From positions 1-64,000 of IMG/VR virus record IMGVR_UViG_3300029891_000001: a stretch of DNA of 64,000 nt; one strand, given 5' to 3'. Shown piece by piece: positions 40,009-51,200 of this stretch; within the stretch, counting starts at the first letter, position 1; each line of letters begins with the position of its first letter. Source of the stretch: a virus. The notes under the pieces were generated by a model. The model saw nothing but the letters and a program-made list of their open reading frames with translations. It ran no database searches and was not told the origin of the DNA. The translations under genes were made by a program, and so were the position numbers.

Positions 40009-40886
40009 AATATATCTCAGCTTCACAAATAAACATATATTCTAATTGTTCTAGACAATATTATTTTCATTACATAGAAAAGATATTAAAACCAACATCT
40101 TCACCACACTTAGCGTTTGGATCTGCCTTACATGGTGCTTTAGAAAAATTAAATATCTCTATGGGAAGTGTGTTACTTACTTTAAGCGAAGTTTTTCAAG
40201 AATTTGATAAAATATGGAAAGAAAGCATAGAAAAAGAAGAGATTATTTTTAAAGGGAATATGCATGATGATCTATACGATATAGGACTAAAAAGTCTAGA
40301 ATTATATTATAAAGAATTCTTAAATTATGAGCCAATTATATATAAAAATATAGTGACAGGAGAAGTTAAATTCTCTGCTGAATGTGAATTCAAAGTACCC
40401 ATATACGATTTAGACGGAAACTACAATGAAAACTATGACTTATATGGGTTTATAGATTTAGTACTGAAAAAAGATAACAATATTTATATAGTAGATCATA
40501 AAACTGCGAAAGAAAAATACAAAGATTTCGATATAAATACTAGTATTCAATTATCGTTATACTCATACGCTTTTAGAGAAATGATAAAACAGGGATGTTT
40601 TCCAGATCTTAAAAGAAACAAAGAAGATTATGTAATGTATAACGTATTCGTAAAGAATTATAAGAATCATAAACCAGAAATTCAACAATGTAATAAAAAA
40701 ATTATGAAGAGAGATATTAACAATATTGTTTACATTATTAATAATTTTATAAAAGGAATAGAAAACGAAATATGGTTGCCAAATTTTGGTTCTCATTGTA
40801 ATTGGATGTGTGATTATAAAGAAGAATGCGAAAAATTCAAATTAAGCAGTAAAAAACTAAATCTAAAATCAAGAGAAATAATCTAA
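40005..40886 (+). CDS. PD-(D/E)XK exonuclease, RecB/Cas4-like
   Basis: ISASQI..Y..C.R, GFIDL, VDHKT, QL..Y, C-terminal Cys cluster C.WMC.Y...C. Confidence 0.88.
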   Translation: MKYISASQINIYSNCSRQYYFHYIEKILKPTSSPHLAFGSALHGALEKLNISMGSVLLTLSEVFQEFDKIWKESIEKEEIIFKGNMHDDLYDIGLKSLELYYKEFLNYEPIIYKNIVTGEVKFSAECEFKVPIYDLDGNYNENYDLYGFIDLVLKKDNNIYIVDHKTAKEKYKDFDINTSIQLSLYSYAFREMIKQGCFPDLKRNKEDYVMYNVFVKNYKNHKPEIQQCNKKIMKRDINNIVYIINNFIKGIENEIWLPNFGSHCNWMCDYKEECEKFKLSSKKLNLKSREII

Positions 40887-41431
40887 TGAACAATCTACTT
40901 CAAACTTACACGAACAAAATCATAGATGTAGTTAACCCAACAATAGATATGGTTGATATTATTGATATAGCTAGAGGGTTAGCATATACTTGTCGTTATG
41001 CTGGACAATGCCCCCATTATTATTCAGTAGCAGAACATAGTATTCATTGTTGCATTATGGCACAAAAATTACATTTAAGTTCTAATAGTATAAAATGGGC
41101 ATTATTACATGATGCTGCCGAAGCTTATATTGGAGATATAGCTAGACCGATAAAGTCAATAGTACCAGAATTTAAAAAAGTAGAAGATCATTTATTGGAA
41201 GTAATAGCATTAAAATTTAATTTAAAAACATATAAAATTCCAACGGAAGTTATAGAAATAGATAATAGAATGTTAACAACAGAAGCATATAATATGGGGA
41301 TGTCTTTACATTTATCCGAATTTTGGCATAAGGGTAAACCAAAATATCATGAATATACGATAAATTATTATGATCATGATGTAGCTGAAATAACCTTTTT
41401 AGAAATGGCCCATAAAATAGGTATAAGATAA
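40886..41431 (+). CDS. HD-domain 5'-deoxynucleotidase (YfdR-like)
   Basis: DIARGL...CRYAG...YSVAEHS...LLHDAAEAYIGDI..P.K. Confidence 0.9.
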   Translation: MNNLLQTYTNKIIDVVNPTIDMVDIIDIARGLAYTCRYAGQCPHYYSVAEHSIHCCIMAQKLHLSSNSIKWALLHDAAEAYIGDIARPIKSIVPEFKKVEDHLLEVIALKFNLKTYKIPTEVIEIDNRMLTTEAYNMGMSLHLSEFWHKGKPKYHEYTINYYDHDVAEITFLEMAHKIGIR

Positions 41432-41446
41432 AACACTGGTTATAGA

Positions 41447-41905
41447 ATGAAAGAAGCAATCTTCGCATCAGAATTTAAAAAATCTCTTTTTCGTTTGAAA
41501 GAAAAATATTGGTATTACAAAATACCAGATACTCATGGAGGATTAAGATTTACTCCGTTAAAGCCATTTGATGCTATATTAGTATATAATAGTATTCCAA
41601 TAGCTATAGAATTCAAACAAATTAAAACTGAATCTCCATTTCCACTAAGTAAACTCCCAGATCATCAAAGAGATAATCTATTGAAATTTGAAAAAAGCGG
41701 TGGGAAAGGGGTAGTTATAATAAATTATAGAATAGAAAGAATATATAATAAATGTTTTTGTTTACCAATATCAGACATTATTCAATTTGGAAAAGAAAGT
41801 AAAAGGAAATCTATACCATTAGAACAATTAAAAAAAGAATGGCTAATATTATCAAAAATCGACGGTAATTGGGACATTTATCCACTATTAACTTTACTGG
41901 GATAA
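41447..41905 (+). CDS. Holliday junction resolvase (RecU/Hjc-like PD-(D/E)XK)
   Basis: E..F, KIPD, PFD, AIEFK, HQ...L. Confidence 0.78.
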   Translation: MKEAIFASEFKKSLFRLKEKYWYYKIPDTHGGLRFTPLKPFDAILVYNSIPIAIEFKQIKTESPFPLSKLPDHQRDNLLKFEKSGGKGVVIINYRIERIYNKCFCLPISDIIQFGKESKRKSIPLEQLKKEWLILSKIDGNWDIYPLLTLLG

Positions 41906-41906
41906 T

Positions 41907-42926
41907 ATGAATTTATTAACTTTTGTATATCATCAGAATTTATTAAAATCAGAAAACAAAAGAATATTAAATTACATATATTCAAGAGGGATTTCACAAG
42001 AAACTATAAATCATTTTGAAATTGGATATTGTTGTAATGATATTGGAATAAAATATTATGAAAAAAACAATTTTATACAAAAATTTATAGAAGAATGTCC
42101 TTTATTCTTTAAAACGAACGATTATCATGATAAATACAACGGGTATATAACTATCCCAATAAAACATAAGAGTGAAACAGTAAATTTTACTGGAAGAAAA
42201 ATAATACAAAATGATAATTACCCAGATCATAAACATCTTGGGATTCCAATAACTTACGTATTTAATCACAATGCAGTATATAAATCTGATAAAATATTCG
42301 TTACAGAAGGGCCATTTGATTGTATGACTTTACATCAAAATGGATTTTCTGCTGTAGCTACATTGGGATGTTATAACTTATCTAGAAAACTAGTAGAAGA
42401 TTTATCTAACAAAACAGTCTTTATTGTTTTTGATAGCGATGAGAATGAAAGTGGCAAGAATGGAGCTATTAGACTAGCTACGCTATTAAATAAAAATAAT
42501 ATTAAATCTTATATAATATTTCTACCAAGAAAAAATAAAAGTAAAATAGATATAAATGATTATTTCAAAGAAAACAGTATATTCGATTTCGTAGATTTAG
42601 TAAAAAATGCTTTCCCAAGCAAAAAATTCATCAAAGAAGAAAAGAAAAAACTAAAAACACATTGTGAAATCATACAGAAACCCTCTATAATAGATATAGC
42701 ATCTAAATACTTAGATATTCAATATGTTGGGAACAGGGCAAAAGCTATCTGCCCGTTTCATAAAGAATCTAAACCCTCTATGATCTTATATGATACTACT
42801 GAAACATATTTTTGTTTTGGATGTGGGAGATGGGGTGATGCTTATACATTAATTCAAGAATTAGAAAAACAAAAGGGTAATAATCTTAATTTCTTTGAAA
42901 TAAAAAAAATTGTTGATTCTATTTAA
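41907..42926 (+). CDS. DnaG-type primase with the CHC2 zinc finger at the C-terminus
   Basis: Y..SRGI...F.IGY, FTGR, TOPRIM VTEGPFD...FDSD..G...DIND; C-terminal CPFHKE..PS...YFCFGC. Confidence 0.88.
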   Translation: MNLLTFVYHQNLLKSENKRILNYIYSRGISQETINHFEIGYCCNDIGIKYYEKNNFIQKFIEECPLFFKTNDYHDKYNGYITIPIKHKSETVNFTGRKIIQNDNYPDHKHLGIPITYVFNHNAVYKSDKIFVTEGPFDCMTLHQNGFSAVATLGCYNLSRKLVEDLSNKTVFIVFDSDENESGKNGAIRLATLLNKNNIKSYIIFLPRKNKSKIDINDYFKENSIFDFVDLVKNAFPSKKFIKEEKKKLKTHCEIIQKPSIIDIASKYLDIQYVGNRAKAICPFHKESKPSMILYDTTETYFCFGCGRWGDAYTLIQELEKQKGNNLNFFEIKKIVDSI

Positions 42927-43284
42927 AAATTTCCCAATGAGGAAAATCTACGTTAAACCAATTTCCTCCCCATCTTACTTTGATTCCCATCTTAATAGCT
43001 TTCTCAAAAACAAAAGCAGCAAAACGATAAAACCTTTCTAAATCATCCCAATCTATAGGATATGGTACAACATCTACTGCATCAGAAGGTAATTTGTTAT
43101 GATTACTATTTGGCCATCTTAAATGACTTTTACCATTTTCAAACGCTTTATTCTGATCTTCTTCATTTCTAAACCCGCATAAAATAGAACAATCAAAAAT
43201 TTTAATAATTTCATTAAATAAATCTTGTAAATCTTGTGTGCAAGTAGATAAATTATCTTTAGATCTTTTACTAAAATTAGCCAC
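42919..43284 (-). CDS. Endolysin, M15-family (L-Ala-D-Glu-type) peptidase
   Basis: FSKRS..NL, G.R..E.Q, SNHN..PS.AVD, WGG.W...D.PH.E; GTG start with GGAGG RBS. Confidence 0.88.
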   Translation of the reverse strand: MANFSKRSKDNLSTCTQDLQDLFNEIIKIFDCSILCGFRNEEDQNKAFENGKSHLRWPNSNHNKLPSDAVDVVPYPIDWDDLERFYRFAAFVFEKAIKMGIKVRWGGNWFNVDFPHWEIFK

Positions 43285-46200
43285 CGTAAACACCTCCATC
43301 AATTGATATCCAACGATATGCACCAACTGTTGCTCCATAGTCTATAATATCTAAAGGAGCAGAAGTAGAATAATAAAGACTATCAATAGATATACTATAA
43401 TTTCTAGATTGTTTATTAGAAGAAGCAAATTCCATATAAAATCCAAGGGATTTAGCGTTGTTAAAAAATAGATGATTAATATTCAAATTACAAGTATAAG
43501 TACCAATAATAGCATTCATATTGTATGATCCTAAAGAATTCCACTGTCCTCTGTCAGCAGGATCTCTTACAAAACTAGTAGAAGCTTCTGAAGTACAATA
43601 TAAAGAAAGAGAAACATAACGTCCAAATGAAGTACTATTAGTTACACTAACTTTTAATGTCCCAGAATTAGATAATGATTTCCAAGGCAAAACTGTAGCA
43701 CCTTTTTGTCTAGATATACTATTATAATCCATAAGAAGGCTATCATAATCTTCGACTTGCAATGGTGATGGATCATTAGAAGAATAATACATAGAAAGAG
43801 ATTTTAATGTACATCCACCTTCAGGGTTATCGTTATAAAGTTTAACTCCTATACTTCTAGCATTGTTCCAATCAGAATCAGTAAAATCTCCTATAAAATT
43901 ATAATAATAATCCGTAAGAGGAATACTAACGCTTTTTACTAAATTCCATTGACCTTTATATGGAAAACCAGTACTTGCTTGACTAGTAGCGTATAACTCA
44001 ACTAAAATATCATCTAAAAAATTACTAGTTAGAGAAAATTGCCACATTCCCCAGTCAGTTTTAGAAGAATTTGGCATAATATAACATCCCCAAGCTGTAT
44101 CTTGGCTAGGATCAATTAAGGCTATATATAAATTAGACGCAGAATAATATGGAAGAGGATTAGTGCTGTGCCATCTAAAAAAGTTAGCAACATTCTGCCA
44201 ATCATATTCATTCCATTGATCAGTAAATATTTTATCTATATAAAGATAATCATATGAAAGTGTACCAGATTTTACAATTTGAGCTTTAACGTTAAATCCT
44301 TCTGGGTCAACACTAGAAACTATCATTAAACTTTGAGAATCGGCACTATAAACACTATTATAAGTCTTTAGTTGTGTAGGTAAAATAACTACTAAAGGAG
44401 GAAGAGAATTACCATCCCAGTCTTTATATGGATAATCAAAGGAATTATATCTATTAAATTGAGATTCTCCAGATTCTACATGTTTAGTGAAGTTCCACCC
44501 TGAATTAATTGGTAAACCAGCTTGATGATACCTAAAATAATTCGGAGTCAACACAGCAAAAGAGCTATCTACGGTTTCTCTACCTATAACTAATTTTTTA
44601 CCGCTGCTAGTATTAGAATCTATTCTAATTTCTCCAGCATAAAAACGATTACAAAGTAAAGTATTATAAGTTATAGCAGAACCATCAATAGTACCAGGAG
44701 GAACATTCAAATTAGTAAAAAATTCATTCTCTACAAAATCACTTGCTGAATTCCCCTTTTCTAATTGCCAACAATCAGTAAAATATTTTTTAACAGGAGT
44801 AAAATTAAATAATTTTATATATTTAGTTTTTGCCCATTCGCTAGAACCCAATAAAGAACTTATAGTAGCACTAAATCTTATCCAAGAATTGCCATCTACA
44901 CCTGTTTCTTCTCCTAAATTTGAAAGAGACAAAGTACCATTTTTTAATTCTGAATAATCTTTATTGTATAAATAATATTTAGCATAATTACCATACCCAT
45001 TATCGACATTCGCAGTAGCGCAATAATATGAAAAACAATATTCAGAAGAACTAGAAGTATCATCTAACATAATATAATCTGTAATTACACTTCTTGGGCC
45101 AACACAATAAATAGAATTATTACCCTTAAATTTCTTAACAGAAGATACATGCCCGCCAATAGTATTGGGATTGGCTGAAGAAAAATAAAGAACTTTTCCA
45201 TAAGCAGTATGTTCAAAATTACAATTAAGAATATAATTTTTATTATTATTACGATTAACATTCCCAGTAACTATATACTTAGGTTCACTCATTTCTGATT
45301 CATTATGATTGACATCAAATAAAGTAAGACAATACTTATATCTAGTATTTTCATCTAACCCTGCTTTGTCAACAATCTCTATAGGCCCTTCTATGTCACT
45401 ATTCTGTTTATATTTATCACCGATATTTATGTATGTATCTTTAGTAAAAGATTCTGTAGTTGACATATAACTTTTAGTAGCTAAATAATCTTTATATACA
45501 TCTTCTGGAGTCCAAGTAGATTTTTCTATCCTAATTTGACTTATAGAACCGTTACATACGTCTCCAACTAAATGATTAGAACCAATATGTAATCTATCGG
45601 CTCTACAAGATACTCCAGTAGCAGTACCTTTTAATTCACCATTAATATACAAAGACATTTCAACTTCATTCCAAGCAGCACATAAATGAAACGGCTCTAA
45701 TGCAGAATAAGCAGTATAATGACGAACAGTCTTATCTCTCACACCTTGTTTACATCTTCTATAAGCAAAAGAAGTAGTAGATTGAAGATATGCTAAATAT
45801 TGAAATTGTAATTGACCAATACCAGAAGCAGAAGCATACCATATAACCCTATTGCTAGTCTCTTTCTCGTGAGAATCTTGTAATGGTGAATACCACAATC
45901 TTACAGTTCCAACAACAGAACTTATTATATCGTCTTCAACATCATAATATCTTATAGACTGTCTCGATCTTGGTAACGCACTAGGATAATATTCAAATTG
46001 AACAAAAGGAGTATAATTAGACGTTGATTCTAATTGAACTCCATCTATATAACATCTTCCATAATAACTGCTGTCAAATCCCAAATATACATCACAACTA
46101 GTCTGGGCATCGTTAGTAAATCTTATATTTCTATAATATCTTCTCCATTTATCAGTTAAATTAAATGATTCTGCAAAAGAAGTAATACCATCACTCAATA

Positions 46201-48259
46201 TAGTATTGATAACTTCATTCCCAGATTCTCCTCTAGCAAAGAAAGATAATCCCCAAGCAGTATCACCACCAGTTGTAAATATTGCATCTCCAGCTTTAGA
46301 AAAACTAGATTGCTTTATGTATTGTGAAGTGCTTATATCTAAACAATCTATTAAATAGACATATTTGTTATAAATAGCATCTGAAGTTTCTAAACAGCTC
46401 CAAGTACTTCCATATACTAATCCATTATCTATCCACCCAATATGAGGACTAGAAAAATCTCCCCATTGTAAATAATTTTTACCATAATCACAAATAGAAT
46501 ACCCTGAACTATATTTATTTAATTTATAATTAGTCGGTGTCGGTGTCCCAATCATTTCATCGGAATAAATATCTCCATAACTTTTTGAACTTCCATAAAA
46601 TTGAGCATCAAAAGTCGTATATGGTGTTATTTTTTTCATTGAAGAAGAAGTAGTAAGAACAACCAACTCTCTTGATGCAGAAGTATGAAACCAATCATAT
46701 TCCCTATATTTTCCAAAAGAAACACCATCTATAAAACGAGTAGTAGCTCTTTTATTATAGTAAGTAGCTTCTGAAGAACTACTTAAATAAAATCTAACTT
46801 TAAAACTACAAGCAGTATCTGGTAAATATGGGCCATAAGAAATAGCCGTATCCCAAAAAAATATCATAGTTTCTTTTTGCCAAGTTGGATAAACAGTAGA
46901 TTCTGGGTAATTTCCTTTAAATGTTTGTAATACATTGTCTGAAGTATCATAAAAAATAACTTCATATAAACCACTAGTAGCACCAGATATTTTTTTAGTA
47001 TAAAAGCTAAAAGCATATGCAGAAGAAGTAGATAAAGAATATTTTTTACTCTCAATATAGAAACTCTTAGGGGTACTGCTCTCTGCACATGTCATTTTTA
47101 ATGATTGCCCATTAAATAAAGAATCTCCTGCATATGGGTAAGCAGAACATTTATACCTCGTTGAATTTATATAATCTCCGCCAGCACTAGAAAGAACTGT
47201 CCAATCGCTTAAATTAGATCCACTATACCAACTAAAATCGCCATTATCTATCATATTACCAGGTAATATAAAAGATCCAGCTATACAATAATCTTTATCT
47301 GATCTTATCTTAGTCCCTGTTGGGAACAATCCCCTGCTTATATTATCAACGATAAAAGCATTATTAGCATGATAAGTATCTATAACACTCGTTACATTAG
47401 CATTAACAGATTCGGCAGTAGCTCTATAAATAGATATACCTCTCCAAGCTTCACTCTTGGGGAGATTTATATACAAATTGTTTTCTATATTTTTAGTAAC
47501 TTGGTTTATAGAAGTCGTAATTGGAGTACTGTACCATTGTGGTTTATCTAAAATTATTCCAGTCCAAGTTCTAGCATTCATATTTGTAGCAATTTTAGCA
47601 TATCCACCACTTTCTTGCCTATAAATCAATATATAAATTATTGCTCCATATTCAGATAATCTAGATGGAATATTCCATATCCCATCAAACGAAGTTTCTC
47701 CATTAGTCTGATATACTAAAGATGGAGTTTCAGATAATTGTATATTACCACTATCTATTATATTCCAATTTTTAGCCCATATTGCTAAACTACAATGTGA
47801 AGCTAACTCCAAATTAAAATCAAATCTAACACCTGGCTGATTCGGATTTATATTAATAACATAACAAACATTAGAAAAACTAGGCCAACCACCATCTAAT
47901 AATATCCCTGATTCATTACTATCTACAACGTAATGTTGAATACCAGAAGTACCCATAAAATCCCAAAAATAATTGGGGCTATTAATATCCATACTTAAAA
48001 CATAATATGGATATCCAACTGGGCCATTTTGTCTATGAAAAGTATAATTGTATTTATCCCAAGATATTTTATTGCCAACATTGGGAGTCTGCCCTGTTAT
48101 ATCAGCCCCACCAGTTCTTTTGTGTTGCTCATAATTGACAAAGCCTCCCATTCTGTTTATTTCTGCTAATTTGGGAGTACTTCTAGTTTGTTTGGATATT
48201 TGTTGTCTTATTTTATTATACATATATTTCTCACTATTAAGACGGATATCCCCCACCAA
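43277..48259 (-). CDS. Large tail/receptor-binding protein with CBM-like and LamG-like beta-sandwich domains
   Basis: 1660 aa; N...NGDF/WGDF...IDGVQLE CBM-like repeats; HL.AAW...LYINGE LamG motif; tail-module position. Confidence 0.75.
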   Translation of the reverse strand: MVGDIRLNSEKYMYNKIRQQISKQTRSTPKLAEINRMGGFVNYEQHKRTGGADITGQTPNVGNKISWDKYNYTFHRQNGPVGYPYYVLSMDINSPNYFWDFMGTSGIQHYVVDSNESGILLDGGWPSFSNVCYVININPNQPGVRFDFNLELASHCSLAIWAKNWNIIDSGNIQLSETPSLVYQTNGETSFDGIWNIPSRLSEYGAIIYILIYRQESGGYAKIATNMNARTWTGIILDKPQWYSTPITTSINQVTKNIENNLYINLPKSEAWRGISIYRATAESVNANVTSVIDTYHANNAFIVDNISRGLFPTGTKIRSDKDYCIAGSFILPGNMIDNGDFSWYSGSNLSDWTVLSSAGGDYINSTRYKCSAYPYAGDSLFNGQSLKMTCAESSTPKSFYIESKKYSLSTSSAYAFSFYTKKISGATSGLYEVIFYDTSDNVLQTFKGNYPESTVYPTWQKETMIFFWDTAISYGPYLPDTACSFKVRFYLSSSSEATYYNKRATTRFIDGVSFGKYREYDWFHTSASRELVVLTTSSSMKKITPYTTFDAQFYGSSKSYGDIYSDEMIGTPTPTNYKLNKYSSGYSICDYGKNYLQWGDFSSPHIGWIDNGLVYGSTWSCLETSDAIYNKYVYLIDCLDISTSQYIKQSSFSKAGDAIFTTGGDTAWGLSFFARGESGNEVINTILSDGITSFAESFNLTDKWRRYYRNIRFTNDAQTSCDVYLGFDSSYYGRCYIDGVQLESTSNYTPFVQFEYYPSALPRSRQSIRYYDVEDDIISSVVGTVRLWYSPLQDSHEKETSNRVIWYASASGIGQLQFQYLAYLQSTTSFAYRRCKQGVRDKTVRHYTAYSALEPFHLCAAWNEVEMSLYINGELKGTATGVSCRADRLHIGSNHLVGDVCNGSISQIRIEKSTWTPEDVYKDYLATKSYMSTTESFTKDTYINIGDKYKQNSDIEGPIEIVDKAGLDENTRYKYCLTLFDVNHNESEMSEPKYIVTGNVNRNNNKNYILNCNFEHTAYGKVLYFSSANPNTIGGHVSSVKKFKGNNSIYCVGPRSVITDYIMLDDTSSSSEYCFSYYCATANVDNGYGNYAKYYLYNKDYSELKNGTLSLSNLGEETGVDGNSWIRFSATISSLLGSSEWAKTKYIKLFNFTPVKKYFTDCWQLEKGNSASDFVENEFFTNLNVPPGTIDGSAITYNTLLCNRFYAGEIRIDSNTSSGKKLVIGRETVDSSFAVLTPNYFRYHQAGLPINSGWNFTKHVESGESQFNRYNSFDYPYKDWDGNSLPPLVVILPTQLKTYNSVYSADSQSLMIVSSVDPEGFNVKAQIVKSGTLSYDYLYIDKIFTDQWNEYDWQNVANFFRWHSTNPLPYYSASNLYIALIDPSQDTAWGCYIMPNSSKTDWGMWQFSLTSNFLDDILVELYATSQASTGFPYKGQWNLVKSVSIPLTDYYYNFIGDFTDSDWNNARSIGVKLYNDNPEGGCTLKSLSMYYSSNDPSPLQVEDYDSLLMDYNSISRQKGATVLPWKSLSNSGTLKVSVTNSTSFGRYVSLSLYCTSEASTSFVRDPADRGQWNSLGSYNMNAIIGTYTCNLNINHLFFNNAKSLGFYMEFASSNKQSRNYSISIDSLYYSTSAPLDIIDYGATVGAYRWISIDGGVYGG

Positions 48260-51200
48260 AAATGAATAACATTCTTGGGAAAGAAGGATTACTTATTGTA
48301 AAAGTTTTAGTATTCCCATATTGTTTCTCCATTTCTAACCCCACTAAATGCCAATCCCAATTATTTCCTGGATAATAATCAATAGTTACATTTCCATATT
48401 TTGTTTTCCAAAGAGAGGGACGAGCTATATTACCAGAACCAACTACCATTTCATCCCACCAATGAACATAACATTTTCTAAAATCCATTTCTACTTGCAA
48501 ACTACCATCATCTGGTTTATTGGAATGTGTAAGCTCCCATCTACCAACTAATCTAATAACATTAGGATCTCCCTTTTTTTCTTGACCCTCCATCCATTCA
48601 TAAACACCATGATTTTCTGGACCAGTACCATAAACTTGACCATTTGGGATAGATTGTCCAAAAGCTGTTTTTCTTTTAAGATATTTGTTAGTTTGTGCCA
48701 TTGGTCTTCCACTTCTATCTACAAATTCACCACTAAACAATATTATGGGGCAAACTAATAATCTCCCGTTATTATTCGCACCACTACCATATTCTTCAAT
48801 CCAAGTTCTAAGGATATTTGATGGAACAAAATTAAGAATATTACCACCTTTTCTAGTCGCTTTTAAATTAAAATAAAAACTCTTTGGATTTTTGAAATTC
48901 ATATACGAATTTTCTAAATTAGCGAATAACCAATCATTATTGTCATATATTTCTACATATTTAACTACGTTATTTTTATTTACAATCCCAGCATAAGTTA
49001 AAATATGATATTTAATATTGGGAGCTACATATCTGTATAAATCGCCATCTTGTGTACTTCCAACAGTATTATCTTTTATCCAAAATTTAAGTCCTTGATA
49101 ATTATTAGCACTATTATGAATATAAGAAGGGTTATAATACATAAGATTTCTACTAACACCATCTTGTATGACAATACCACGTGCTGTATCTGCTGGATAA
49201 GTAGTTGCTCCAGTTACAGTAGAAGTAAAAGTAGCCCATCTTTTCATCCCAGCAGTATCTAACCAAAAATCAATTTCACTTACAGGCCCTCTTCTAGTAT
49301 AAATATATTTTTCATGTGGATAGGCTAAACTATATGGTTGATCAGATCTATAAGTAAAATCTATTTTTGGACTAATAACATCAATTTCTACATAAAACTT
49401 ACCAAATTCTAAACTTCTATTAGAATTAGTCTCATTTAATTTCATATTCTCTACAACATAATTTCCACCCATAATATCAAAATTAGAAACATAATTATTA
49501 TATGCTCCAATTTGATCAAAAGCTCCCCAAGTATATCTTTTACCAGCTCCCCAAGTCATTTTGTCAAATCCCCAATCAGGATATCCATCTTTGCTTATTC
49601 CAGTTAAAGTATCTACATGCATCGACCCTAACAACTTAACACCGCTACTGTCATTTTCTGATTTAACAGAAAATATTCTTATTTGAATATCACCACTTAC
49701 AAGACAATCAAATTCTATTACAGGAGAAACATTCATAGATTCTTGAGTATATGGATCATAAGCTAAATTAACTAATTCATTAAAATACGCTTCTGTAGTA
49801 TGTGAAGTATAAATACCTCTAATTAAATCAGCCACATACCAACCAGCTGCAGAAGAATATTTTATTATTTCCCCATTTATCATTTTCAAATATCCCTTAG
49901 GTGGAATATGATAAGATAAATTATCTCTAAAAGTAATATTATTAGTTTCTGTTTTAGATAAATCCAATGATAAACTAGTAATCGCTCCGTTATAATATAA
50001 CTTAAAATTCTGAATTGGATGATTATCATATTCACTTAAATCAGGGCTTGGCTTCTTCCAAAAAGCATTTACTGGTTTTACTGGAGAAGTAGATATTTTA
50101 CTTATAAAATTTTTACTGTCGAAAGTATTCGTAATATCAGTAATCCATACATAATTAGTTGTATTTACAACATTTTTAGCATCATCATTAACAGAAATAC
50201 AATCGTCAATTTCTATTTTTGGATGTCCAGCAATAGAGAAATCTAAACTTTTATTTGGATTATTATATTCGCTTATAACATTGTAAGAAACAAAATCTGC
50301 ATGTTCTTGAGAGTTTATAGATGGATCAAATATCAAAGTCATTCTTGGGTGACCAATATAATTAATAGAAGTTGGCTTATAAACACTATTCAAATCTCTA
50401 GAAGAAGATTGAATATATTGATATATAGGGTTATTGGGATTAACAACATCTTTTTGATAAGCTTCTCCCCTTCCCATTTTAGTCCCAGTTCTAGACCCTA
50501 AAACTACACAATCGCTTCTTTGATCGTCTATTTGTAAACCAACTTGCAAATCTAAAATGCTACCAGAAGTATGAACATCGCCAGTATAAAAAGACTCTGA
50601 AGGATGTGAATAATCTTCATCATAAACGATAACTCCGTCTAATGCAATCGGATAATTATAATTAACAGTTCTAATTCTCAATCTATAATCGTCATATCTT
50701 AATCCATATAAAGTTATAACACTTGGGTTTAAATTTATAGAAGGATCTATTCCTTTATAATAAGACCAAGTAGTACTATTATATAAAGAATAATCACCAT
50801 AATTAAATTCTACATCATTATGTCTTAAACTTATATTAACAGTCTCAGTGCCATCTGAACTCCCATATACTGGCCCTACTCTAAATAAAATATCCATCTT
50901 TTTACCAGTTACATCAGCAGAAGCCAAACACAACCCTCCAGCAGGAGCTAAATTATAAGTACCAACAAAACAATGAATATTAGTTTTTTTATCCCAAGCT
51001 CCAGAAGCACAAGCAGTATCGAAATCCCTGTCATTTACATAGGAATATGGGACATCAATTCCATATAGAAATGGATGCGCATTTTCATCAAATCCCCACT
51101 TATAATACCAAGATTTCATTAAATTATCTATTGCATCTTTGTAATATTCCCCAGTATCTATTTTGTATAAATATTCATCATCTGCTTTAGCTTCATCTCC

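Noticed and set aside
40005-40886. Cas4 as part of a CRISPR-Cas system
   Set aside because: No cas1/cas2 or array; stand-alone RecB/Cas4-like exonucleases are common in phage replication modules.
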